From assembly GCA_031370005.1 (NCBI GenBank), contig JANMPT010000043.1, forward strand, positions 1 through 64,000: 64,000 bases of DNA, given 5' to 3'. A program made the translations under genes and the position numbers. Source of the stretch: Bdellovibrionales bacterium (GTDB lineage Bacteria; Bdellovibrionota; Bdellovibrionia; Bdellovibrionales; Bdellovibrionaceae). A model generated the notes under the pieces. The model was not told where the DNA came from. It worked only from the letters and a program-made list of their open reading frames with translations, and searched no databases. Position 1 is the first letter of the stretch. Each line of letters begins with the position of its first letter. This document shows positions 1-11,123 of this stretch, piece by piece.

Positions 1-1
1 C

Positions 2-1264
2 AAAAGCGGTGCGATTCTTGGCGAAGGCAGTGTCCGCCTAAGTCAGCTGCCGTCAAGTAATGGCCGGTTAGTTTATGGTCCACGCATAGAGATTTCACCA
101 AGCCCAACTTCGAGCGGCGCGGTTTCCCATTACTATTCAGACGCCAAAAACGAAAAAGCGATACCAACTCAGGCGACGACTTTTGGCGGACAAAACCCTG
201 TGCCTGTTGGAAAAAATGGCGAAGTGCTTTTAGAAAATGTTGTAAAAAACTCCTCCACTGTAATCCGAGCCAACTCGCCAGGGCACATGCCTTCAAGCAA
301 GATAGTGGTGGCAGGAGCAAGGCCCTTTGGCGTCACCCTTTTTCCAAATTCGATGATCGAAGCACTTAAGAGCATAGTCGAGGACAAACAAAGCATCTCG
401 CGTAGCGAGCTGGCTGAAACCACCGTGGTATGGGGAACTATCACTTTGGATGGAAAGCCGCTTTCAGGGGTAGCCGTGACTTCGGAGACGGAGCCTGAGG
501 CCCAGGCGATTTACTTTAATGAGTTTATGATTCCTGATCCAAAGCTAACAGCGACAAGCTCTAGCGGTTTGTATGCGTTTGTTGATTTGCAAAAGGGCCT
601 TCATGCCCTGTTAGGCCAAAGAGGCGAGGCTTACTTTGGGCACCAAAATGTGGATGTTGAAGTTGGCAGTGTTGCAATTGGTGATATTGAAAATACTCTT
701 CGCACAGAACCGGTTCGCATCCGTGCGTTTGATGCCTTTAGCGGTGGGCCAGTAACCGTAACGGCAAGCTTGCAAAGTCTCAGTCAGCCCATTGATGTTG
801 CGGGATCTGCCACAGTGGTTCTTCCTCAGGTTTCGCGCTTAAGTATAATATACACGGAAGCTCCGCCAAACTATGTGAGCGCCAACTATTTTTACAACGA
901 CCAAGCGGCATACATTCATCTTCCAATGATTTCTCAGGAGTGGTTGGCTGAGATAAAGGCAGCCGCTAAGATTAATGATTTTTCACAAACGGGAACGATC
1001 ATAGGTTTTTTTGGTGAAGAGAATTTCGAAGTATATCTTGCAAATCAAATCAAAGAGGACCCCACAGCCATTGTATATTTTGATGCCACAGGAAGGGTCG
1101 TAGATGGTCGGCAGGGGGTTTCAGGTGGTGGCTTTGTAATGTTTAATGTTCCCTCTGGCGTACAAGAGACTGTTGTACTTGGTCGCGCATCTGCGCAGAT
1201 CTTTTCAAAAGTGGTTCCGGTGGACACCGAAACTGTATCAGTTTTAAATTTTACATCTTACTAG
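2..1264 (+). CDS. Hypothetical beta-rich protein, probably exported (carboxypeptidase-regulatory/prealbumin-like domains); 5' end lies outside the window
   Basis: The frame is open from position 2 into the listed ORF 200..1264. The segment 'VWGTITLDGKPLSGVAVT...TSSSGLYAF' resembles carboxypeptidase regulatory-like Ig folds. Confidence 0.6.
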   Translation, partial: KSGAILGEGSVRLSQLPSSNGRLVYGPRIEISPSPTSSGAVSHYYSDAKNEKAIPTQATTFGGQNPVPVGKNGEVLLENVVKNSSTVIRANSPGHMPSSKIVVAGARPFGVTLFPNSMIEALKSIVEDKQSISRSELAETTVVWGTITLDGKPLSGVAVTSETEPEAQAIYFNEFMIPDPKLTATSSSGLYAFVDLQKGLHALLGQRGEAYFGHQNVDVEVGSVAIGDIENTLRTEPVRIRAFDAFSGGPVTVTASLQSLSQPIDVAGSATVVLPQVSRLSIIYTEAPPNYVSANYFYNDQAAYIHLPMISQEWLAEIKAAAKINDFSQTGTIIGFFGEENFEVYLANQIKEDPTAIVYFDATGRVVDGRQGVSGGGFVMFNVPSGVQETVVLGRASAQIFSKVVPVDTETVSVLNFTSY

Positions 1265-2540
1265 AATAGAAGTTGGCCACTGTTTTTTTAAAAAAGTGGC
1301 CACGAGCTTCGAATCCCGCAAACTCATCAAGACTTGTTCCTCCAGGACTTAAGAGAACAATATCGCCGGACTTTGCTTGAGGCAAAACGCAGTTAAGGGC
1401 ATCTTCGAGTTTTAGAAACTGTTGGCCCGGAAGCAGAGACTTTTCTTGAGCGACGCCCCGGCACTCCCCAAAAAATAAAAACTGAATGCGCGGGAGGTGC
1501 CCTAAGGGCTGTAAATCTTCCCACGTTAGGCGTTTGTTTCGGCCACCGAGAAGAACATGTAAAGTCGACTGTGGAGAAAGATACTCGAATGCGACAGCAA
1601 CGGCGGTGAGGACACTATCTAAAGCGGTGGCCTTACTGTCGTTGATATACTGAACACCATTAAAAATCCCCATGTTTTCGAGCCGGTGCTCTAAACCTCG
1701 GAAGCTTTTCATTGCCTGTAAAGATGAAATTGGCCAATGGCAATGTAGAGCCATTTGTGCTGCCATGGCGAGATTGTCCTGATTATGTGGGCCCAGAAGA
1801 ACGCTTTGGGAAAGGGCATGGGGAATAAGATTTTTATCATCGCGGGAAACAATTCTGCATTTAAAAAATCCGGGTTGTTTTTCGGCAAAGCCCAAAAGAT
1901 CACCGCCGTTTTTATTTAGAAATAGGGCGCCCTTTGTTTTTTCGAGCAGTTGCCATTTTGTTAGATAATAATGTTTGAGGGACTCATACCGTTCCATATG
2001 ATTTGCTGACAAAAAGGTAATGGCGGAATGATCGAGCCTAAGGTGGGCACAGTTTTCGAGTTGATAGCTTGAGAGCTCTAAGACAATCCATTTGGCGCGC
2101 GCTCTTTTGCCAGTGATAATGCCATAAGCATATTCACAGAAAGGTGTTCCGAGGTTGCCCCCCACAAATGCTGTTTTATCAAAGGCGGCGAGGCCGGCTT
2201 CGAGTAAAGAAACAGTGGTGCTTTTTCCGAGAGAGCCTGTGACGCCAATGATTTTTTCATCAGCAAGGCACTCACAGGCCAGGTTGATTTCGCTGGTAAT
2301 GACGACATCAGCGTTTTGGGCGTCTATAATCCAGGATGACTTTAGCGGCACTCCCGGCGAAACGACTAGGGTTTTCGGGCGTCCAATTGCCATAAGCTTA
2401 AGTGGGTCAGAAAACTGCGCCGGAGCCTTTTGATCAAAAGTGAGGATGTCCTCTCGCTTAAGGCCTCGAGCAAGCAGTAAGCGTTCAGCGCTCTCCCCGC
2501 TTTTAGCCATTCCAACGATAGCAACCGGTGTTTGTATCAT
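1251..2540 (-). CDS. murD: UDP-N-acetylmuramoyl-L-alanine--D-glutamate ligase
   Basis: Motifs GMAKSG, VVSPG, GVTGSLGKSTT (P-loop), GGNLGTP, ELSSYQLE, EHRLE, NDSKAT and LLSPG..S.DEF..FEARG. Confidence 0.93.
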   Translation of the reverse strand: MIQTPVAIVGMAKSGESAERLLLARGLKREDILTFDQKAPAQFSDPLKLMAIGRPKTLVVSPGVPLKSSWIIDAQNADVVITSEINLACECLADEKIIGVTGSLGKSTTVSLLEAGLAAFDKTAFVGGNLGTPFCEYAYGIITGKRARAKWIVLELSSYQLENCAHLRLDHSAITFLSANHMERYESLKHYYLTKWQLLEKTKGALFLNKNGGDLLGFAEKQPGFFKCRIVSRDDKNLIPHALSQSVLLGPHNQDNLAMAAQMALHCHWPISSLQAMKSFRGLEHRLENMGIFNGVQYINDSKATALDSVLTAVAVAFEYLSPQSTLHVLLGGRNKRLTWEDLQPLGHLPRIQFLFFGECRGVAQEKSLLPGQQFLKLEDALNCVLPQAKSGDIVLLSPGGTSLDEFAGFEARGHFFKKTVANFYSSKM

Positions 2541-2602
2541 CCGCAGATAATGACTTAAAATTGGCCCTTTGCAAAGGATTGATTCTGAGTCAAAATTAAA
2601 AA

Positions 2603-4054
2603 ATGGATGTCAAAAAATCACCGAGCTTTAAAAGCGCGAAATACACAGCGATCATCAGCGACCTGCATTTATGTGAAGCGGAGCCAGTAAATCCGAAGTT
2701 TCCCCTGTGGAAAAAGTTTAAGACGAAACAGTTTTTCTTTGACGATATCTTCACAAGTTTTTTGCACGAAATTGAGAGCAAAGCAAAGGGCGAAAGCGTT
2801 GAGTTGATTCTGAATGGGGATATTTTCGATTTTGATAGCGTTTTGCGACTTCCGGAGGAACCAATTTTTAGAGTGAGCCATCTAGAAAAAAGGCGGGGTC
2901 TTTTTCCGCGGTCAGAGCGCTCCTGCTATAAAATTAAAGTAATTTTAGAAGACCATGCTATGTTCGTTAGGGCCCTTCGGGAGTTTATCCGTCATGGACA
3001 TCGCATCGTGTTTGTTATAGGAAACCATGATCTAGAATTACATTTTCAAGACGTTCAAAAAGAAGTGCGCCATGCCTTGGATTTGACGGAGAGTCAGCAA
3101 AGCCAGGTGCGTTTTGTAGAATGGTTCTATATTTCTAATGAAGACACCCTGATAGAGCATGGAAATCAGTATGATCCTTATTGCCTTTGTGAGGACCCAA
3201 TTAACCCCTACGTTCAGGGATACAACTATATTTCATTAAAGTTGCCGTTCGGAAACCTGGCCTGCCGTTACATTATGAATGGACTCGGATTTTTTAATCC
3301 CCACGTGGATTCGAATTATATTATGGGCCTGAAGGAGTATGTGACTATTTTCCTGCGATATATGGCTCGCGCCCAACCCTTACTAGTCTTTACTTGGTTT
3401 TTTGGCTCCATTGTTACGATGCTGCAGTCGTTTAAAGACCGTTTGGCCGCTCCGATTCGTAACCCTTTAAAAATCGAAGAAAGAATTGAACAGATAGCCG
3501 AAAAGGCAAATGCAGAGCCCAGAATGGTAAGGGAGCTCAAAGAGCTTTTTGTTGCACCGGCGGCAAGTAACCCATTTTTACTAGCCAGGGAGCTATGGTT
3601 GGATAGAGCCTTTTTGATCGGGGTCGCCTTTTTTTTGATTTTTCAGTTATTGATTTTTATTCGCCAGGTCTATGACCTTTCATTTTTCTGGGCCTTTATT
3701 CCCTTGTTTTTTATGCTGCCATTTTTTCTTTTTTATAGCCAGTCGATCACCTCGATGGTTTCAAGTTATAAAGAGCCAAACGAAAGAGTTCTAGCGATGA
3801 CCAGTGCGATTGCCAGGGTAAAGCGAGTTATTTATGGGCACACGCATACAGTTCGACACGAGATGATTGGTGCAGTTGAGCACCTGAACGCCGGCTGTTG
3901 GTCGCCGGCCTTTTTGGATATTGAATGTACGAAGCCTATTGATCAGAAAACTTATGTATGGCTTTCCCCCCAAGAGACCGGGGAGCGGCGAGCCGAACTT
4001 TATAAGTTTATCGAAGGCAAATCACATTTATATATGTCTTCAGGCAAGCGCTAG
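2603..4054 (+). CDS. Calcineurin-like metallophosphoesterase with an inserted pair of transmembrane helices
   Basis: Motifs ISDLH, NGDIFD, GNHD, EHGNQYD and GHTH. A hydrophobic hairpin (AFLIGVAFFLIFQLLIFI..FFWAFIPLFFMLPFFLFY) lies before GHTH. Confidence 0.85.
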   Translation: MDVKKSPSFKSAKYTAIISDLHLCEAEPVNPKFPLWKKFKTKQFFFDDIFTSFLHEIESKAKGESVELILNGDIFDFDSVLRLPEEPIFRVSHLEKRRGLFPRSERSCYKIKVILEDHAMFVRALREFIRHGHRIVFVIGNHDLELHFQDVQKEVRHALDLTESQQSQVRFVEWFYISNEDTLIEHGNQYDPYCLCEDPINPYVQGYNYISLKLPFGNLACRYIMNGLGFFNPHVDSNYIMGLKEYVTIFLRYMARAQPLLVFTWFFGSIVTMLQSFKDRLAAPIRNPLKIEERIEQIAEKANAEPRMVRELKELFVAPAASNPFLLARELWLDRAFLIGVAFFLIFQLLIFIRQVYDLSFFWAFIPLFFMLPFFLFYSQSITSMVSSYKEPNERVLAMTSAIARVKRVIYGHTHTVRHEMIGAVEHLNAGCWSPAFLDIECTKPIDQKTYVWLSPQETGERRAELYKFIEGKSHLYMSSGKR

Positions 4055-4082
4055 CTTAAAGGTCGAGGCGTTGTGCGCCGCA

Positions 4083-4101
4083 TGACAAATAAAATTTGTC
4101 A
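4083..4101. promoter_or_regulatory. Perfect inverted repeat TGACAAAT-AAA-ATTTGTCA upstream of the histone gene; candidate operator
   Basis: An 8-bp arm palindrome read directly, 60 bp upstream of the ATG at 4162. Confidence 0.4.
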
Positions 4102-4161
4102 AGAACCAGGGGCTATGCAAACCTCATAGTGTTTTAAAAGCGTAAACGGAGGCTAAAAACT

Positions 4162-4356
4162 ATGCCAGAAGTACTAGTTGTAACTAGCAAGGTAAAGAAA
4201 TTGATCAAAGAAAAAGGCGGAATGAACACCTCCGCAGAAACGATCGACGTTTTAAGCAAAGCAATTGAACAACTCTGCTTAAAAGGTGTAGACAGTGCGA
4301 AAGCAGATGGCCGCAAAACCGTTATGGCTCGTGACATCGTTATTGATCATTTATAG
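4162..4356 (+). CDS. Bacterial histone (Bd0055/HBb-type histone-fold protein, DUF1931-like)
   Basis: 64-aa basic protein with a GGAGG RBS and the histone-fold end 'AKADGRKTVMARDI' (RKTV..RD signature of HMf-like histones). From memory it is near-identical to B. bacteriovorus Bd0055. Confidence 0.93.
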   Translation: MPEVLVVTSKVKKLIKEKGGMNTSAETIDVLSKAIEQLCLKGVDSAKADGRKTVMARDIVIDHL

Positions 4357-4385
4357 AAAGTTGCCACTACGGGCAGCGCGCAAGA

Positions 4386-6437
<2,052 letters not shown>

Positions 6438-6469
6438 TTATAAGACTCGCACCTTTCGAAGGACTTCTA

Positions 6470-6751
6470 ATGATAGACAAAAAAACGATTAAGCATATTG
6501 CCAAATTAGCGCGCCTTGAGATTACCGAAGATGAGGCTGACGAATATAGCCAACAGCTTGGTAAAGCAATGGCTCACTTTGAACAGATATCAAAGGTTGA
6601 TACAACAGGCATTGAGCCATTAGTGACGCCTACAGAAATTGACGATTTCTGGCGGGAAGACGTTGCCACACAAGAGTTTACGCCAGAGGAAATGACCAGC
6701 AATGCGCCGGCAAAGGCAGGCAATTTATTTAAAGTACCCCCAGTTGTATAA
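6470..6751 (+). CDS. gatC: Asp/Glu-tRNA amidotransferase subunit C
   Basis: HIAKLARL...NAP...FKVP, directly upstream of gatA. Start moved to the ATG at 6470 (MIDKK). Confidence 0.92.
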   Translation: MIDKKTIKHIAKLARLEITEDEADEYSQQLGKAMAHFEQISKVDTTGIEPLVTPTEIDDFWREDVATQEFTPEEMTSNAPAKAGNLFKVPPVV

Positions 6752-6759
6752 GGAAAAAA

Positions 6760-8229
6760 ATGGATTTAATTCAAGCTTCGATTGTAGATATTGCAGAGGC
6801 CGTTAAGACAAAAAAAGTCAGCGCAAAAGAAGTGATAACCCAGTTCATCAGACGTGCGGAGAATCTCAATCCGAAACTGAACGCCTATACAAGTTTCAAT
6901 AAGGATGCAGTTAAAGAGGCAGAAGCAATTGATGTCCGCCTTGCAAAAGGGGAAGAGATTGGCGCTTTAGCAGGCGTTCCCTTTGGTCTTAAAGAGATGT
7001 TTTGCACCAAGGGGCTTGTTACCAATGCGGGCTCTAAAATCTTGCAAAATTTTATTCCGCCCTATGATGCCACGGTTGTCGAGCGCCTGAAGAAGGCCGG
7101 GGCTATAGTTACTGGGAAATTAAATCAGGATGAATTTGCGATGGGCTCCTCAAATGAAACCTCCTTTTATGGAAACGTGAAGAATCCGTGGAATCTAGAG
7201 TGTGTTCCTGGGGGCTCTTCAGGCGGATCAGCAGCTGCTCAAGCCGCACGCCTTTGCGCTGGAGCACTTGGAACCGATACCGGAGGTTCTATCCGTCAAC
7301 CGGCAAGTTTTTGTGGAATTGTTGGCGTTAAGCCAACCTATGGACGGGTGAGTCGTTATGGAATTATTGCCTATGCATCTTCTTTGGATCAAGCAGGGCC
7401 GATGGTAAGTACGGTCAAAGATGCCGCGCTCACTATGGAGGTGATCAGTGGTCACGATGAACGCGACTCAACCACTAGCCAAAGAAAAGTTCCTTCATGG
7501 AGTAAAGAACTTTCAGCAAACGTTAAGGGTCTAAAGGTTGGTCTTATCAAAGAATACATGCAAGGCGGCCTGCACGTAGACGTGCAAAAAACTGTGGATC
7601 AGGCAATTGCAGGCTTGAAGTCATTGGGCGCAGAAATTATCGAAGTTTCAATTCCTATGACGGAGTTTAGCATTCCAGTTTACTATCTTATCGCAGCCAG
7701 CGAGGCTTCGAGCAATTTAGCGCGCTATGATGGTGTAAAATACGGGTATCGCGCTGAGTTCACAAATCTTTCCGCTGTCGAGCTTGATGATTTCTACGGA
7801 AAAACCCGTGGTCAAGGTTTTGGCAAGGAAGTAAAACGCAGAATCATGCTCGGAACCTATTGCCTGTCTAGTGGTTATTATGATGCGTATTACAACAAAG
7901 CAGGACAAGTGCGGCGCATGATTGTGAATCAGTACAAAGAGGCATTTGCTAAGTGTGATGTGATTTTGAGCCCAGTGACCGTGTCACCGGCTTTTAAAAT
8001 TGGCGAACGGGTATCTGATCCATTGACGATGTATCTTAATGATATTTACACAACATCTACAAACCTTGCAGGCCTTCCTGGCATGAGCGTGCCTTTTGGA
8101 ATGTCAGCAGAGGGCCTTCCAGTAGGCGTTCAATTGACGGCAGGTCATTATGAAGAACAAAAGATGTTGAACGTTGGCTATGCCCTGGAGGGTATATCTT
8201 CTGTGAAAGGTAAGACTCCCAATGTATAG
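6760..8229 (+). CDS. gatA: Asp/Glu-tRNA amidotransferase subunit A
   Basis: Amidase signature PGGSSGGSAAA, GTDTGGSIRQPA, EASSNLARYDG and EVKRRIMLGTY. Confidence 0.98.
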   Translation: MDLIQASIVDIAEAVKTKKVSAKEVITQFIRRAENLNPKLNAYTSFNKDAVKEAEAIDVRLAKGEEIGALAGVPFGLKEMFCTKGLVTNAGSKILQNFIPPYDATVVERLKKAGAIVTGKLNQDEFAMGSSNETSFYGNVKNPWNLECVPGGSSGGSAAAQAARLCAGALGTDTGGSIRQPASFCGIVGVKPTYGRVSRYGIIAYASSLDQAGPMVSTVKDAALTMEVISGHDERDSTTSQRKVPSWSKELSANVKGLKVGLIKEYMQGGLHVDVQKTVDQAIAGLKSLGAEIIEVSIPMTEFSIPVYYLIAASEASSNLARYDGVKYGYRAEFTNLSAVELDDFYGKTRGQGFGKEVKRRIMLGTYCLSSGYYDAYYNKAGQVRRMIVNQYKEAFAKCDVILSPVTVSPAFKIGERVSDPLTMYLNDIYTTSTNLAGLPGMSVPFGMSAEGLPVGVQLTAGHYEEQKMLNVGYALEGISSVKGKTPNV

Positions 8230-9655
8230 AGGATATGAAGCCGTTATCGGAATTGAAATTCACGTTCAGTTAAACACGGATAGCAAAATGTTTTGTGCGG
8301 ACTCTACGCTGTTCAATGCCGGAGATAACGAAAACACCTCGCCGGTGAGCGTAGGCATGCCAGGGACTCTTCCAGTTGTGAATAAGAAGGCCATCGAGTT
8401 TGCAATCAAAACGGGCTTAGCACTTGAGTGTGAAATCCGCAAAAAATCAGTCTTTTCGCGCAAAAACTATTTCTATCCAGACTTGCCAAAGGGATATCAA
8501 ATTTCCCAATACGATCAGCCAATCTGTGAACATGGAACCATCACCTTTAAGGTTGGCGATAAAACCAAAACAGTTAGCATCACACGCGCTCATCTAGAAG
8601 AAGATGCTGGGAAGTCGATTCACCAAGGTGAGTTTACAATGATCAATTACAATCGTGCAGGGATACCCTTGCTTGAGATTGTTACAGGCCCAGATATGCG
8701 TACGCCACAAGAGGCTGCAGATTACGGCAGAACGATTCGCCAAATCGTTCGCTACCTTGGAGTTTGTGATGGAAACCTGGAGGAGGGTTCCATGCGCTGC
8801 GATTGCAATGTAAGCGTTCGCAAGGTAGGGGTTGAGAAGTTCGGAACTCGAACAGAGCTTAAGAACATCAATTCTTTTCGTTTTGTTGAAAAAGCAATTG
8901 AGTACGAAATTGAACGCCAAATTGATATGCTTGAAAGAGGCGAAAAGATTACTCAAGAAACTCGCCTTTGGGATCCAGACAAAAACAAGACGTTCGCAAT
9001 GAGGACCAAAGAGGACGCCCATGACTATCGTTACTTCCCAGATCCAGATCTGAAACCGCTAGTTGTAAGTGAGGAGCTCATTCGCAGGATTAGGTCTGAA
9101 CTTCCTGAGTTGCCAATTGCAAAAAAAACAAGATTCGTTTCAGCGCATGGCCTTCCTGAGTATGATGCAGAAGTTCTGACATCTGAAAAAGATCTTGCTG
9201 ATTATTACGAAATGACAGCAAAAATTTGTCTTAACCATAAGGCGGCTTCAAACTGGATAATGACTGAGGTTTTGCGGGAGCTGAATAGCAACAATCTTGA
9301 GGTCAAAGCCTCGCCAGTCAAAGCAGCCCAGTTAGGGCAACTGATTGCTTTGATTGATAAAGGCACGATTTCTGGGAAAATTGCAAAAGTTGTTTTCATG
9401 GAAATGTGGAAAACAAGCAAAGATCCTGAGGTCATTGTAAAAGAAAAGGGCCTTATTCAGATTTCTGACCCATTGACGATTGAAAAAATTGTTGATGAAG
9501 TTTTGGCGGCCAATGCCCAGCAGGTGGAAGATCACAAATCTGGAAAGAAGAAAAATCTTTTTGGTTTTTTTGTGGGGGCCGTATTGAAGGCATCCAAAGG
9601 TCAGGCAAACCCTGAGCTGGTGAATGAAATTCTCCAAAAGAAACTCAACGGTTAG
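8222..9655 (+). CDS. gatB: Asp/Glu-tRNA amidotransferase subunit B
   Basis: IGIEIHVQL, RKNYFYPDLPKGYQISQ, HLEEDAGK and DYRYFPDPDL. Confidence 0.98.
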   Translation: MYRGYEAVIGIEIHVQLNTDSKMFCADSTLFNAGDNENTSPVSVGMPGTLPVVNKKAIEFAIKTGLALECEIRKKSVFSRKNYFYPDLPKGYQISQYDQPICEHGTITFKVGDKTKTVSITRAHLEEDAGKSIHQGEFTMINYNRAGIPLLEIVTGPDMRTPQEAADYGRTIRQIVRYLGVCDGNLEEGSMRCDCNVSVRKVGVEKFGTRTELKNINSFRFVEKAIEYEIERQIDMLERGEKITQETRLWDPDKNKTFAMRTKEDAHDYRYFPDPDLKPLVVSEELIRRIRSELPELPIAKKTRFVSAHGLPEYDAEVLTSEKDLADYYEMTAKICLNHKAASNWIMTEVLRELNSNNLEVKASPVKAAQLGQLIALIDKGTISGKIAKVVFMEMWKTSKDPEVIVKEKGLIQISDPLTIEKIVDEVLAANAQQVEDHKSGKKKNLFGFFVGAVLKASKGQANPELVNEILQKKLNG

Positions 9656-9657
9656 CT

Positions 9658-10572
9658 ATGAAAGTCGCAGCACTTGATCTTGGGACAAACTCCTTTCTCT
9701 GCTTAATTGCTGAGGGAGACATGTCCGGAATCAAGACGGTGCTTTCAGATCAGGTTAAGGTCGTGCGTCTCGGTCAGGGTGTCGACATAACGGGCTCATT
9801 TCAACCGGAAGCGTTGGCGCGAGCAAAAAACTGTTTAGTAGAGTTCAAAAAAGAAATTGATCGTCACCAGGTAGATCGCATTCTTGCAATGGCTACCTCG
9901 GCGGCGCGAGATGCAAAAAACGGACAAGAGCTTTTTAAAATCGGTGCAGAGCTTTCTATTCCTATTGAAATTATTCCGGGCACCGATGAGGCACGGATTA
10001 CTTTTGCTGGAGCTACGGAGGGACTAGCTCAAGATGAAGAGAACATCATCGTCATTGATGTGGGGGGCGGCTCAACGGAGTTTATTGTAGGCAACAAATC
10101 GAAGATGCTTTTTTCAAAAAGCCTCAATCTTGGATGCGTACGAATGACCGAAAAGTATATTACGGCTCAGCCGCTTTCACAGACAGAGCGCGCGGATGTC
10201 GAAAATTTTGTAGTGCAACAGCTTGAAATAGTTTTGCCGGAAATTCAAAAGTACCCGGCAAAAGAGATTCTGGCAGTTGCAGGAACGCCATCGGCGCTTG
10301 CAATTGCGGAGATAGGAAAATTTGAAGTTGAGAAGCTTCAAGGCTTTATTTTAGATAGAAGTAAGCTTAAAAAATGGTGCGACATTTTAGCCAACAGCTC
10401 AATTCAGGAAAAAATTGATAAATATAAAATCGATTCTGGCCGCGCAGATGTTTTATTTGTGGGCGCCACGATACTTTATCAATTCCTACTCAAACTAAAT
10501 AAACCCTTTATGAAAGTCTCAGTCAAAGGAGTGCGCTATGGTGTCGCCCTGGAAGCTCTTCGTCGCAATTAG
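9658..10572 (+). CDS. ppx: Ppx/GppA family phosphatase (short form)
   Basis: DLGTNS, RLGQG, ATSAARDA, EAR, DVGGGSTE and GRAD. Confidence 0.9.
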   Translation: MKVAALDLGTNSFLCLIAEGDMSGIKTVLSDQVKVVRLGQGVDITGSFQPEALARAKNCLVEFKKEIDRHQVDRILAMATSAARDAKNGQELFKIGAELSIPIEIIPGTDEARITFAGATEGLAQDEENIIVIDVGGGSTEFIVGNKSKMLFSKSLNLGCVRMTEKYITAQPLSQTERADVENFVVQQLEIVLPEIQKYPAKEILAVAGTPSALAIAEIGKFEVEKLQGFILDRSKLKKWCDILANSSIQEKIDKYKIDSGRADVLFVGATILYQFLLKLNKPFMKVSVKGVRYGVALEALRRN

Positions 10573-10999
10573 CACACTGTTTGCCCTGGGAGCATTTGCA
10601 GACGCGGCAGAGATTAGCTTTGGAAAAGAGAGGATTATTTTAGAAGGCAAAACGATCACTGTAGAAATCGCAAAGAGCGAAGCTCAACACGAGCGGGGAT
10701 TGATGTTCAGAAAGAGCCTTCGCGAAAACGAGGGAATGCTTTTTGTCTTTAACAATGAGGACACGCGGTATTTTTGGATGAAGAATACCTATATAGACTT
10801 AAGTATTGGTTATTTTAATAAAGAAAAAACGCTAATCGATATTCAAGAGATGAAGGCCTCTAGCATGATGGAGCTAAGGCCCCCGCCCTACCCGAGTGCA
10901 AAACCAGCAATGTATGCTTTGGAAATGCAAAAGTCTTGGTATACAAAAAATAAAGTAAAAATCGGAAGCAAATTTAAATTTTTAAATATCCGACGATAG
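10538..10999 (+). CDS. DUF192 family exported protein
   Basis: Signal peptide, then VEIA...RGLMFR...GMLFVF...FWMKNT and YALEM. Confidence 0.9.
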   Translation: MVSPWKLFVAISTLFALGAFADAAEISFGKERIILEGKTITVEIAKSEAQHERGLMFRKSLRENEGMLFVFNNEDTRYFWMKNTYIDLSIGYFNKEKTLIDIQEMKASSMMELRPPPYPSAKPAMYALEMQKSWYTKNKVKIGSKFKFLNIRR

Positions 11000-11123
11000 T
11001 CCAGATACCAGCGGTCATTAGCCAGAATCGGCTATAAAATATTTGCAAGGCATCAATCTTATGTTTAAATCACTGAAGATTATTGAAACAGAATGTTTCA
11101 GCGCATCACTCAAGGATGAATAT

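Noticed and set aside
1251..1264. 3' overlaps of convergent genes (also 16182..16185, 20244..20251, 61648..61651)
   Set aside because: Short tail-to-tail overlaps are ordinary in compact genomes.
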